DNA of 64,000 nt from IMG/VR virus record IMGVR_UViG_3300007770_001284, positions 190,744-254,743 of that record; one strand, 5' to 3'. Positions within the stretch are counted from its first letter, which is position 1. Every line of letters starts with the position of its first letter. Below, piece after piece: positions 1 through 9,740 of this stretch. The notes beneath the pieces were generated by a model. That model worked only from the letters and a program-made list of their open reading frames with translations. It had not been told where the DNA came from and ran no database searches. Both the position numbers and the translations under genes were made by a program.

Positions 1-26
1 TCGCGATTGGAGACGGGATATTGACG

Positions 27-33
27 ATACTTA
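27..33 (+). promoter_or_regulatory. Putative late-promoter motif ATACTTA
   Basis: ATA(C/T)TTA 9 nt upstream of ATG 43; the same motif recurs upstream of 10 other genes. Confidence 0.55.
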
Positions 34-42
34 TAGTACGCT

Positions 43-798
43 ATGTCGTCGACTTCCCGTCAAATTCAGAGAAGAGTCCGGATGCTGAAGGCAGAATTGC
101 GAATGTTGCAAAATTATTATGATGAGTCTTCTATTGTTTTAGTTGAGTATGAAGAGGAGTGGACTTCTGATCTCACTTATTTTCTTTTAAAGTACAATAA
201 TGAAAAAAAGTCTCTCGCCAGCTCAGATAACCAGTCTTTTGATATTGGACCCGTAAAGGGAGATGGTTGGGAAGAGAGGAATGCTCGTCGAAAACAACGC
301 GATGATCGTATCAAGGCTCGCCGCGGCAAAAAGTGGGGTAGAGAAGCAAAAGAAAAGAATGCTAATACCCCACTTGAAAAAGACACCACGCCAGAATGGG
401 CAAGAAAACTTTTTCGTGAAATTGCGAAATTAACGCATCCTGACAAAGCGCCAGAAGATTCAAAAGAGAAGTTTTCAAAAATATTTCGGCGGGCATCTGC
501 AGCAATTGATGGCGAAGACTATAAAGAGCTACTATCTCTTGCAATGGATTTAGATTTGTCTTTTGACATGTTAGATCAAGAGTTACGTCCCTTATTAGAA
601 CAACGAGTAGTTGATATGAGGGCTAAAATAAAGGCTCTTGAGGAAAAAGCCTCATGGATTTGGGGTGAGAATTTCGGTATGTCTGCCCTCCGTGCAGAAG
701 TCCTACAGCGGATATTGACACAGTCTGGAATAAGCAGATCGTTAGAAGAGCTAAAAGATGAAATTGAGAAAAGAGAAGAGCAAAGTACAAGAGGGTAA
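43..798 (+). CDS. Protein with an internal J-domain-like region
   Basis: LFREIAKLTHPDK (HPD motif) within a helical protein. Confidence 0.6.
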   Translation: MSSTSRQIQRRVRMLKAELRMLQNYYDESSIVLVEYEEEWTSDLTYFLLKYNNEKKSLASSDNQSFDIGPVKGDGWEERNARRKQRDDRIKARRGKKWGREAKEKNANTPLEKDTTPEWARKLFREIAKLTHPDKAPEDSKEKFSKIFRRASAAIDGEDYKELLSLAMDLDLSFDMLDQELRPLLEQRVVDMRAKIKALEEKASWIWGENFGMSALRAEVLQRILTQSGISRSLEELKDEIEKREEQSTRG

Positions 799-970
799 GA
801 TAGCGCATGTGGTCGATACCCACTGCGGTATCGGTGATGACGGTCTATCTTATATTCTTGAACCTGGAATGAGCGGTCTTGTGGTGTCTATCACACCAGA
901 AATTACGACGTTGCTTATTCATGATAGACTTGTAGACGTTAGAGGATATAGCCTGGAAGCTTTATCATGA
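758..970 (+). CDS. Small hypothetical protein
   Basis: 70 aa ORF; ATGA overlap with the next gene; start uncertain. Confidence 0.5.
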   Translation: MKLRKEKSKVQEGKIAHVVDTHCGIGDDGLSYILEPGMSGLVVSITPEITTLLIHDRLVDVRGYSLEALS

Positions 971-1803
971 AACGTATTTCAAGAAAGTATTTAAGCAAAA
1001 TAATAAAAGAAGAGCTACATCTGCATAATCTCTTGGAATCGAATGTGAAGTCTGCTCGTGGGATGTCCAATCGTGTTACAAGAGCGATTATGGACCTTGT
1101 AAAGGATGGTGCCACAAATAGAGAGCGCTATGTTGTATTAACAATAGATGACTTAATCGATGACGAAGGATATCGGTCGCAAGCCACGACTGCGTATAAT
1201 CTGGATATTGACTTTATTCCCGGAAAAATAAACAGGCAGGCCGCTGATGAGGACTTCGAAGAATCAGACGCTTATTTAAGCGTTTCTCTTTTCGTAAACG
1301 AGGGTTCAGAACTGCATGTTTCGGGAGATGATATTAACAGGACGGGTGACCCTGGAATTCATTTAACGATTATAAAGCCTGTAGAGTTAACAGGTGCAGA
1401 TTTATCGACACTTCGAACAGAAATTTCAAATTCTGTTCGTCATGAAATGGAACATATGACACAAAACCTTCCTCGCTATTATCAAGGGATGGAAAAACCT
1501 GACGGTGGTCGGTATGCATATGACGAATTTGATATTTCTGGAGAGCCAGAATCTGATCGCGCGAAAGACTATTATCTCGATCCGAAGGAAGTGTCCGCTC
1601 ATATTATGGGTTATGCACAGAATACATCATCAATAAGCGATTTAGAAGAAGAAATTCGAGAGATGCTTGATAATTGGGCTAGCCCAGACTGGGAGAAGCG
1701 TAAAAATGTTTTAATAGCTCCTGGTGACGTAGACATAATAGCGAATGCTTGGCTAGATTGGGCAAAGAAGCATCTTCGAGGGAAACGATTTCAAGGGAAA
1801 TAA
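967..1803 (+). CDS. Zincin-like metallopeptidase with MKRISRKYLSKIIKEEL...LLES leader
   Basis: RHEMEH (HExxH) plus downstream YYLDPKEV Glu. Confidence 0.6.
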   Translation: MKRISRKYLSKIIKEELHLHNLLESNVKSARGMSNRVTRAIMDLVKDGATNRERYVVLTIDDLIDDEGYRSQATTAYNLDIDFIPGKINRQAADEDFEESDAYLSVSLFVNEGSELHVSGDDINRTGDPGIHLTIIKPVELTGADLSTLRTEISNSVRHEMEHMTQNLPRYYQGMEKPDGGRYAYDEFDISGEPESDRAKDYYLDPKEVSAHIMGYAQNTSSISDLEEEIREMLDNWASPDWEKRKNVLIAPGDVDIIANAWLDWAKKHLRGKRFQGK

Positions 1804-1848
1804 AAGTGAGTGATCATTCTAAAGGACATATACTGAGGTTAGAATATA

Positions 1849-2772
1849 GTGTTTGAAATTTATATTCCATTTTATAACAGCCCGTTTTGTGCTGAGTATC
1901 AAGCGAAAACGCTGCGAGCATTTATGCGTGACGAAGATGTTACACTAATCTTTGTTGATAACAATATGGGGTATCACCCAGAGGCCTCTTTACGAATTAT
2001 TGAGATTTGCAAAGAGTATGATATAGAGCTTATTGTTAACAATGATCCGCTCTGTGCGAAATTTCAAGAGGGAATAGCGCAAGGTCATGTATCTACTTCC
2101 GATAAGCTGGGCCATACGCTTAATTTGATTTATGGCGTAGTCCAGCAAAGAAAACCTGATTATTTTGGGTTTCTCGATCAGGATTGTTTCGCGTTTAAGC
2201 CCGTTCAGCTTAAAGAATATCTAGATGAGCACGGCGCGTACGGAAAGGTGGTCCCAACACATCCGGACGAAAGTCATGTGACACGATCTGGCGAGCATGT
2301 GTGGAATTTACATGTGATGTGTAATTTTTTTAAGCGAGATTTTCTTTCTAACATGAACGTTAATTTTATGCCAGGGAGCTGGTGCGAGAGGCTTGGTTAT
2401 GGCTATGATGTCATACTAGACACGGGAGGAGTTAATTGGTGGACAATGTATAAAGACATGGATCGATCTCAGTATGTGCTACCAGAAGAACATTTTCTGT
2501 ATTATGATGATATTTCTCTCCTTGACCCCAATAATGATAGTCCTACTAAGACTCTTTATGAAGTGCTTGACAACAAGTGGGTGCATATGGTCCACGCCGC
2601 AAATTCTGGTGCAGCAGCAGACTATCTTAAGCCAAAAACTTCATATATGAAGGGATTCCTTGATTTTGCGTTATTGGATGCGGGTGCCGTTGGTGCCAGC
2701 CCTCGTCCAGAGTCTGACTTCATACCGTCGTACAGAGACCCGAACCGTCATTTTTCTTTTGAGGGTTCCTAA
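1849..2772 (+). CDS. GT-A fold glycosyltransferase-like protein
   Basis: N-terminal IYIPFYN, FVDNN and FLDQD (DxD) motifs. Confidence 0.55.
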   Translation: MFEIYIPFYNSPFCAEYQAKTLRAFMRDEDVTLIFVDNNMGYHPEASLRIIEICKEYDIELIVNNDPLCAKFQEGIAQGHVSTSDKLGHTLNLIYGVVQQRKPDYFGFLDQDCFAFKPVQLKEYLDEHGAYGKVVPTHPDESHVTRSGEHVWNLHVMCNFFKRDFLSNMNVNFMPGSWCERLGYGYDVILDTGGVNWWTMYKDMDRSQYVLPEEHFLYYDDISLLDPNNDSPTKTLYEVLDNKWVHMVHAANSGAAADYLKPKTSYMKGFLDFALLDAGAVGASPRPESDFIPSYRDPNRHFSFEGS

Positions 2773-2797
2773 ACCCACAAGATTAATTTACGTTAAG

Positions 2798-2826
2798 CTG
2801 AAAAAACCTCTCATACCCTCTATAAT
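2798..2826 (+). promoter_or_regulatory. Sigma70-like promoter CTGAAA-N17-TATAAT
   Basis: 17-nt spacing, followed by GGAGG and GTG 2846. Confidence 0.6.
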
Positions 2827-2845
2827 ACATCACATTGGAGGTTTT

Positions 2846-5800
2846 GTGCGTAAGACTAAACTGGTTCCCCCAAATAAGTTCATCTCCCTTCATTCTCATG
2901 ATGGGTTTTCTACTTTTGATGGGCTGGGCTATCCACAAGAGCACATCGACTTTGTCATTGAGAACGGCATGGACGGATGGTGTCTCACAAATCATGGTCA
3001 TATGAATTCATTTGGGCATGCTTTTCTTCATGCGGAAAAGGTCCAGAAGCGTGGGGGTACCTTTAGGTTTGTCCCTGGTTGTGAAATGTACGTTCATCCA
3101 GACCTTGACGCTTGGAAGCTGGATTACGAAATTCGCCAGGCTGCAAAGAAGGGTGATAAAGAAGCGTTGTTCTCATTACGAGAACAGCGGGAAGCAATTA
3201 CGACTCCGCTCACCGCCGTCACAGACCGCGACGATGAAATTATTGATATCGGTAAAGAAGAAGCTGGGCTTACCGTAGAAAATGAAGAGGAAACGAAGTC
3301 TGGAAAGTTTTACGATCCAGTGAAGCGTCGCCATCATTTGGTAGTTTTGCCCAAGACCAGCGAGGGTCTCCAACGTTTGTTCCACCTCGTTAGTAGGGGT
3401 TACAGAGAGGGCTTCTATAGGTTCCCGCGTGTTGACTATAGGATGCTAAGGGAAGCTGCTGAGGGAGGCCATCTAATGGTCTCAACAGCATGTATTGGTG
3501 GCCCAATCGCATACGAGGTCTTTAGGCACGCTCAACAGGTCGAGTTTGATGATTTAAAGCATACGCTGCTTGACGATCCGTCATTTCACCGTAACGTTAT
3601 GACGGGAGTTGGAAATGCGTATCAAGGGCTTGTTGATGCTGTCGGAATTGATGATGTACACCTCGAGCTTCAATTTAACAAACTTCCAGCTCAGCATCTA
3701 GTAAATCGGGCGATCATTGAATTTGCAAATAACCAGGGGCTTCAAGACAAGCTGGTTGTTACAACAGATTCTCATTATGCCCGACCAGAGCATTGGCGTG
3801 AACGTGAGCTTTATAAAAAGCTGGGATGGCTAAACTATCGTGAATTCGATCCATCGAAATTGCCCCAATCAAGAGATGATTTGAAGTGCGAGCTTTATCC
3901 TAAGAACGCTCCTCAGGTTTGGGATACGTATCTAGAGTCAACAGACGGAATGGATTTTTACAATGACCAAGTGGTAAAGGACGCAATCGAGCGTCCGCAT
4001 ACGCTTGTTCACGAGGCTATCCAAGACATCGTTCCCGATCGTACCATGAAGCTTCCTTCTTATGTTGTACCTGAAGGTATGACAGATGATAAGGCTTTGC
4101 TTGAGGCATGTAAGAAGGGTCTTGTTGAGCGAGGGTTGGCAAACGATCCAAAATATATCGAGCGAATAAAGCAAGAACTAAAAATCATCAAAGATAAGAA
4201 TTTTTCTCGATATTTCTTAACAATGGAAGCGATTATTAAGATTGCCAAGAAAGCCATGCTTGTCGGACCAGGACGCGGTTCGGCCGCGGGTAGTCTAGTT
4301 GCCTATGTTCTTAAGTTGACAGACGTTGACCCGTTCGAATACGATCTTATGTTTGGTCGTTTTCTAAACCCAAGTCGTGAGGGTGCCCCAGATATCGATA
4401 CCGATGTTGGTGACCGAGATTTGCTTCTCCAGCTAATGAAAGATGAGTGGGGAGATGAGAATATTATCCCCATCTCGAATTATAATACTTTCAAGCTTAA
4501 GTCCCTTGTGAAGGATATCTCTCGTTTTTATGGAATTCCATTTAACGAGGTAAATAAGGCTCTGTCAACTGTAGATGAAGATGTGAAGCGTGCAGTGTTT
4601 AAGCAGGGGACTGATAAAAACCTGTTCGTTCTACTTTACGAAGATGCTCTAGCTCATTCTAAGAAGTTTAGAGCGTTTATCGAGGCGCATCCAGAGGTCG
4701 CCGCCCCTATCCAGGTTTTGTTTAAACAGAACAAGGCTCTTGGTCGTCATGCAGGAGGTTGCATTGTCGCAGAAGATATAGCTGAAAGAATGCCGCTGAT
4801 CAAAGCTCGAGGTGAGCTCCAGACCCCCTGGGCTGAAGGCATGAACTATAAGCATCTTGAAACATTTGGCTGGATTAAGTTCGATCTTCTCGGTCTTGAA
4901 ACGCTACGGATCATTCAAAGAACGATTGAGCTGATTCTTCAAAGAAAAGAGGGTATTGAGGACCCAACATTCGAGCAGGTCTATGAGTGGTTCAATGCAA
5001 ATATGGATCCCAAGGTTCTTGATATGGATGACCAGCATGTCTATGAGCATGTTTATGCAGGTGGTCGTTGGGCCGGTATCTTTCAGCTAGCGGGAAGAGG
5101 TGCGCAAAACCTCTTTAAGAAAGCCAAGCCCAAGAGCATTATCGATATTGCTACGCTGACCTCTATCTATCGTCCAGGCCCACTCACTGCGAAGGTCGAT
5201 AGATTGTATATCAAGGCCAAGAATAATCCTGAGAAGATTGATTATGGGCATCCACTAATCAAAGAAGTACTAGAAGAAACATACGGCTTGATAGTCTTTC
5301 AAGAGCAGATCATGAAGCTTTGTTCTGTTGTAGCTGGTTTCCCAGAGGAAGAAACAGATACTGTTCGTCGCAGTATTATGAAGCGTAAAGCATCAGAGGC
5401 TGCAGAAAGTCTTGCTAAGGCTCGATCTATTAAGGAGCAGTTTGTTGCTGGCTCTGTTAAGAATGGAGTGGATAGTCAGCTTGCAGATGATTTGTACGAA
5501 AAGATTCTCTTCTTCGCAGGATACGGCTTCAATAAGTCTCATGCAGTTTGTTACGCTATTGACTCTTACTACTGCGCTTGGCTTTTAACATATTTCGAAG
5601 AGGAATGGTTATGCGCTTATCTTGAAGCGATGTCGGGTAATGATAAGAAGCGAGCCAAGGCTTTCGCTGAGGTTAAGACGCTAGGGTATCGAGTTGTGCC
5701 CCTTGATATTAATTACGCGACCAAGGATTGGACAATTCTTGAAGGTAAGAAATTTATGCCTTCTCTTTTGTCTTGTAAGGGTATTGGTGAATCTGCAATC

Positions 5801-6460
5801 GACGAACTTGTGACTAGTCGACCGTATAAGCATATTGACGACTTGTTGTGGGATGATATCGGAAAGTGGAGGCATTCCAAATTTAACAAGCGTGCTTTGG
5901 AGGCGTTAATCAATATTCAAGCATTCGAGTCTATGGATCTTATTGGTGACAACAAGACATTTGAAAGCTACAAACAAATGCATGAAGTGTTGATTGGTAA
6001 AAATTCTGAAATCAAGAAATGGACAAAGAAGGATCCAGAACGTGGTCGTAGAAACTTTAACGAGGCGTTGCTTGATACTCAGGGAGCTGGTGTCTGGACA
6101 CGACGAGAGCGAGTTGAGAATAACGTGCGACATTTCGGTTCATTTAATGCAGCTACACTAGTCCCAAGCGAGGTTCAAGAAAAGCTTGCTAAAATGGACA
6201 TTTTTCCCATTGATGAAATTAATGGTCATGACTTGTATTGGTTCCTCGTGTCAGATGTGAAGCCGAAGCTAACAAAGAACAAGCGGCCCTATCTACTGGT
6301 TACAGCAACTGCATTGTCTGGTCAGACCTATCGGATGTTTTGCTGGAGCTGGGATGGTGAAACCGAACTGCCGCTTTACAGTCTGTGCGTAGCTGAAGTG
6401 AAGAAAAATGATTTTGGATATCAAACTTCTATGAGAAAAATCAAAGTTCTTCAGTTATGA
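2846..6460 (+). CDS. dnaE: DNA polymerase III alpha subunit (C family)
   Basis: PHP motifs LHSHDGFS, TNHGH, TDSHY; GRGSAAGS; PDIDTD; KFDLLGL; YGFNKSHA. GTG start chosen from the GGAGG SD. Confidence 0.95.
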   Translation: MRKTKLVPPNKFISLHSHDGFSTFDGLGYPQEHIDFVIENGMDGWCLTNHGHMNSFGHAFLHAEKVQKRGGTFRFVPGCEMYVHPDLDAWKLDYEIRQAAKKGDKEALFSLREQREAITTPLTAVTDRDDEIIDIGKEEAGLTVENEEETKSGKFYDPVKRRHHLVVLPKTSEGLQRLFHLVSRGYREGFYRFPRVDYRMLREAAEGGHLMVSTACIGGPIAYEVFRHAQQVEFDDLKHTLLDDPSFHRNVMTGVGNAYQGLVDAVGIDDVHLELQFNKLPAQHLVNRAIIEFANNQGLQDKLVVTTDSHYARPEHWRERELYKKLGWLNYREFDPSKLPQSRDDLKCELYPKNAPQVWDTYLESTDGMDFYNDQVVKDAIERPHTLVHEAIQDIVPDRTMKLPSYVVPEGMTDDKALLEACKKGLVERGLANDPKYIERIKQELKIIKDKNFSRYFLTMEAIIKIAKKAMLVGPGRGSAAGSLVAYVLKLTDVDPFEYDLMFGRFLNPSREGAPDIDTDVGDRDLLLQLMKDEWGDENIIPISNYNTFKLKSLVKDISRFYGIPFNEVNKALSTVDEDVKRAVFKQGTDKNLFVLLYEDALAHSKKFRAFIEAHPEVAAPIQVLFKQNKALGRHAGGCIVAEDIAERMPLIKARGELQTPWAEGMNYKHLETFGWIKFDLLGLETLRIIQRTIELILQRKEGIEDPTFEQVYEWFNANMDPKVLDMDDQHVYEHVYAGGRWAGIFQLAGRGAQNLFKKAKPKSIIDIATLTSIYRPGPLTAKVDRLYIKAKNNPEKIDYGHPLIKEVLEETYGLIVFQEQIMKLCSVVAGFPEEETDTVRRSIMKRKASEAAESLAKARSIKEQFVAGSVKNGVDSQLADDLYEKILFFAGYGFNKSHAVCYAIDSYYCAWLLTYFEEEWLCAYLEAMSGNDKKRAKAFAEVKTLGYRVVPLDINYATKDWTILEGKKFMPSLLSCKGIGESAIDELVTSRPYKHIDDLLWDDIGKWRHSKFNKRALEALINIQAFESMDLIGDNKTFESYKQMHEVLIGKNSEIKKWTKKDPERGRRNFNEALLDTQGAGVWTRRERVENNVRHFGSFNAATLVPSEVQEKLAKMDIFPIDEINGHDLYWFLVSDVKPKLTKNKRPYLLVTATALSGQTYRMFCWSWDGETELPLYSLCVAEVKKNDFGYQTSMRKIKVLQL

Positions 6461-6505
6461 TTAAGGACTAAAGGGTATCGCGCTTAAAGATGAACGGGGT
6501 AAAAA

Positions 6506-7537
6506 TTGTTTGCTGGAAAATTTGAAAACTTCACTGAATGTTATCTATCATTGATTGATGATGTCTATAATAATTCGACGTATTTATCTGCACCGAGAGG
6601 TCAGAAAATTAGGGAAAAACTTGGAGTATCTTTTACGATTGAGAATCCTCGTCACCGCATCCCCTACGTTGCGGGAAGAAAGTTTAGTGTGACGTATATG
6701 GTTGCCGAATTGTTGTGGTATCTTTCTGCAAATAATAAAACTGAATGGATCTCGAAGTACTCAGCTTTCTGGAAAGATATTAGTGATGATGGTGTGACAG
6801 CAAACTCTGCTTACGGTGCTCGGCTTTTTGCCCCTAATGAGAAGATTGCCAATGGTAGATTTACGCAATGGCAATATGTCGTAAACGAACTAAGAAGAGA
6901 TCCAGACTCCCGCAGGGCAGTAATGCACTTGAGAATGCCGGCAGACGGAATTGATGCGAAGTTAGATGTACCATGCACACTTACGCTGCAATTTTTTATT
7001 CGAGATAATGAGCTGCATATGATTGTTAACATGCGAAGCTCTGATTTGATTTTTGGAATTGCTTATGACATCCCTGCTTTTACATTTTTTCAAGAAATTT
7101 TAGCTGGACAATTGGGTGTCGAGCTTGGATCTTATACTCACATGAGCAATTCTCTTCACATTTACGAACGTCATTTTGAGATGGTCGAGACGATTTTAAG
7201 CGAAAAATGTCTAGCTAAAACGCGCAAGCTAACTGATATTCATGGTCCAATGCCAGCGATTGACGCTGCTGGGTGCAACCAGCAGGCATTAACATACTGG
7301 ATTAAGAAGCTAATGACATTTGAGAAAGCACTTTCTGATGCTACAACTCCTCGAGATGCCGTTCGTCTGTGGACTGCTTATTTTGCTTATGCTAATAATT
7401 CTGATCAAATATGGGCTGACTGGGCTCGGGTCTTAGCTGCACAAAGAGCAAGAAGACTTGGCGAGCCAGCAGAAGCAAACGAAATTCAAGCTATCACAGA
7501 TTTTAGTGGATATTCATTTAATATCAGGAGTCGTTAA
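6506..7537 (+). CDS. Thymidylate-synthase-family enzyme, probable dCMP hydroxymethylase/hydroxylase (T4 gp42-like)
   Basis: AELLWY, RRAV, DVPCTLTLQFFIR, MRSSDLIFGIAYD (Asp where ThyA has Asn), SLHIYERH. Confidence 0.8.
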   Translation: MFAGKFENFTECYLSLIDDVYNNSTYLSAPRGQKIREKLGVSFTIENPRHRIPYVAGRKFSVTYMVAELLWYLSANNKTEWISKYSAFWKDISDDGVTANSAYGARLFAPNEKIANGRFTQWQYVVNELRRDPDSRRAVMHLRMPADGIDAKLDVPCTLTLQFFIRDNELHMIVNMRSSDLIFGIAYDIPAFTFFQEILAGQLGVELGSYTHMSNSLHIYERHFEMVETILSEKCLAKTRKLTDIHGPMPAIDAAGCNQQALTYWIKKLMTFEKALSDATTPRDAVRLWTAYFAYANNSDQIWADWARVLAAQRARRLGEPAEANEIQAITDFSGYSFNIRSR

Positions 7538-8649
7538 TGACGTATCAGTATGATTATCTTATTGTCGGTGCTGGAATATTCGGCGCGACGTTTGCTAGAG
7601 AAATGACTGACGCGGGCAAAAAGTGCCTTGTCATTGATAAGCGGAAGCACATCGGTGGTAACGTGTATTCTGAAAAGCGAAATGGCATTGACGTACACGT
7701 ATATGGTGCCCATATTTTTCATACAAACAATGATCGAATTTGGGAGTACGTAAATCGATTTACGACATTCAACAATTACATCAATAAACCGAAGGTACGC
7801 TTTGGCGATCGCATTTTTTCGTTTCCCATTAATCTAATGACGCTTCATCAACTATGGGGTGTTATGGACCCCGCTGAAGCGAAAGCAAAGCTTAATGAAG
7901 TGAGGATTCATTGTGAGAATCCTGAAAATTTAGAAGACTGGATCCTTTCCCAGGTTGGGCGAGAAGTATACGAAACGTTCATCCGTGGTTATACAATGAA
8001 GCAATGGCAACGCGACCCGCGGGAACTCCCTTCGTCTATTATCAAGAGACTTCCCATTCGTCTTACATTTGATGAAAATTATTTTTTCGACAAGTACCAA
8101 GGAATTCCTGTTGACGGCTACACTGCAATGGTTGATAATATGCTGGAAGGAATTGAGGTGAAGACAGGTATTGATTATTTTGAAAACAGAGCCGTCTTTA
8201 TTCCTGCTGCAAAGAAGACTGTGTTCACTGGTAAAATTGATGAATTTTTTGGGTTTGTTCATGGTGAGCTTGAGTATCGCACTTTGCGGTTCGAGCATGA
8301 AGAGCTGATGGGTGACTTTCAAGGAAACGCTGTAGTGAACTATACTTCACCAGATGTCCCCTTTACTCGGATTGTAGAACACAAGCATTTTTTGCCTGAA
8401 TCGGCTGGAAAACTGGATAACACGATTATCACAAGAGAGTATTCCGCAGAGTATGACAGGAGCAAAACGCCATATTATCCTATCGGCGATGCGAAGAATA
8501 TAGCAATGTATAAGAAGTATTGCGAGATGGCTGAATCGGCAAAGGATGTCATTTTCGGGGGCCGGCTAGCAGAGTACAAATACTACGATATGCACCAAGT
8601 TATCGGTTCAGCACTTGTAAAAGCGAAAAGAGAACTTGAAAATAAATGA
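7537..8649 (+). CDS. glf: UDP-galactopyranose mutase
   Basis: IVGAGIFG, HIGGN, YGAHIFHT, YQGIP, PYYP, GRLAEYKYYDMHQ. Confidence 0.93.
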   Translation: MTYQYDYLIVGAGIFGATFAREMTDAGKKCLVIDKRKHIGGNVYSEKRNGIDVHVYGAHIFHTNNDRIWEYVNRFTTFNNYINKPKVRFGDRIFSFPINLMTLHQLWGVMDPAEAKAKLNEVRIHCENPENLEDWILSQVGREVYETFIRGYTMKQWQRDPRELPSSIIKRLPIRLTFDENYFFDKYQGIPVDGYTAMVDNMLEGIEVKTGIDYFENRAVFIPAAKKTVFTGKIDEFFGFVHGELEYRTLRFEHEELMGDFQGNAVVNYTSPDVPFTRIVEHKHFLPESAGKLDNTIITREYSAEYDRSKTPYYPIGDAKNIAMYKKYCEMAESAKDVIFGGRLAEYKYYDMHQVIGSALVKAKRELENK

Positions 8650-8687
8650 AGATTTGGCTATAATAAAATAGCAAATTTGGAGAATAG

Positions 8688-9740
8688 ATGAGAGTTTTGT
8701 ATAGTTTTTGGGGGTTTATTACTCCGCTTGAAAAAAATAGTATTGTAAATACACCTGATGGTGAGCGTGGGAACAGGGTGGACTTTGTTACCGAGCTTAT
8801 GAAGCGTGGCCACGTACCGATTCAACTTCAAAAGATGCGGGATATCGAGCGATATCCGGGTGTTGAATATGATGACGTAGGGTTTCCCGATGGTGATATT
8901 CTTTATGTCGAATGGCGTTGGCCCACTTGGAAGAACAGCGGCGATGACATTTTCGAGTCTGATTATACACGCCAGTGTAAGGTTCTTGACTATTATCATG
9001 ATAAAGGAATACCCATCATTATTCATGACGGTGATTTGAAGATGACCCCTGAAGAAGAGCTCCGCTGGCCGAATGCAGTTCTAGCTGATGCGTGCGTGAA
9101 CTCGCGACAGCAAACGAGGGAGCGTATTACCATTCCGTGGTGCAATTATATGAAACGCTATCTTGACCCTGTCGAGTATTCCTACAATTACACGTACGTT
9201 GGGAACAATTATGAGAGAGACGATCAATTTCAGAAGTATTACATAAGTTCAAGTCGCTCGCTTCGAGATCGAGGAATTCAAACGTCTATTTACGGTAATT
9301 GGTTACAAAAGTCTCCAGAGCGAAAAGACCCAAAAGAATTGCTGCAGGGAACTCCCTATGTTGCCTTTGGCCCACGCTTGGCGTACAAAGATATTTTCGG
9401 AGTCTTGAATTCTTCTATCACTGTTACCCATATCACAAAAGACGCGTATACGCCGTATGGTAATATTACGGGGAGATTTTTTGAAGCGATCAAAAGCAAC
9501 GTACCAGCGTTAGTCCCAATAGAATTTAAGCACGCTCTTCCTGTTGGACTAAATGGTCAACTTGTGGTGGAATCAACTCGTGATGTAATAAGCAAAGTAA
9601 ACTGGCTTTCATCGTTGAATGCCGAGCAAAGAAAAGCACTAGTAGACGAGCAGGAAGAGGCTCTTCGAACAGTGATTGATCCCAGACCAGAATACAGGGT
9701 AGATCTTCTTGAGCATATTTTGGGAGATTACCACGGATGA
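8688..9740 (+). CDS. DNA glycosyltransferase, T4 beta-glucosyltransferase-like (GT-B)
   Basis: 350 aa; colinear resemblance to T4 BGT as recalled: DGDLKM, YVGNNYER, SIYGN, NITGRFFEAIKS. Confidence 0.7.
   Translation: MRVLYSFWGFITPLEKNSIVNTPDGERGNRVDFVTELMKRGHVPIQLQKMRDIERYPGVEYDDVGFPDGDILYVEWRWPTWKNSGDDIFESDYTRQCKVLDYYHDKGIPIIIHDGDLKMTPEEELRWPNAVLADACVNSRQQTRERITIPWCNYMKRYLDPVEYSYNYTYVGNNYERDDQFQKYYISSSRSLRDRGIQTSIYGNWLQKSPERKDPKELLQGTPYVAFGPRLAYKDIFGVLNSSITVTHITKDAYTPYGNITGRFFEAIKSNVPALVPIEFKHALPVGLNGQLVVESTRDVISKVNWLSSLNAEQRKALVDEQEEALRTVIDPRPEYRVDLLEHILGDYHG

Noticed and set aside
2660-2845. 62-aa N-terminal extension of DnaE in the ORF track
   Set aside because: It overlaps the upstream gene and the promoter; the SD and PHP start point to GTG 2846
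2846-6460. Intein or intron in dnaE
   Set aside because: Length is normal and no splice-junction or homing-endonuclease motifs were seen; only a short acidic insertion in the PHP domain
6506-7537. Calling this gene thyA
   Set aside because: Asp instead of Asn at the specificity site, PCT motif, and BGT-like context
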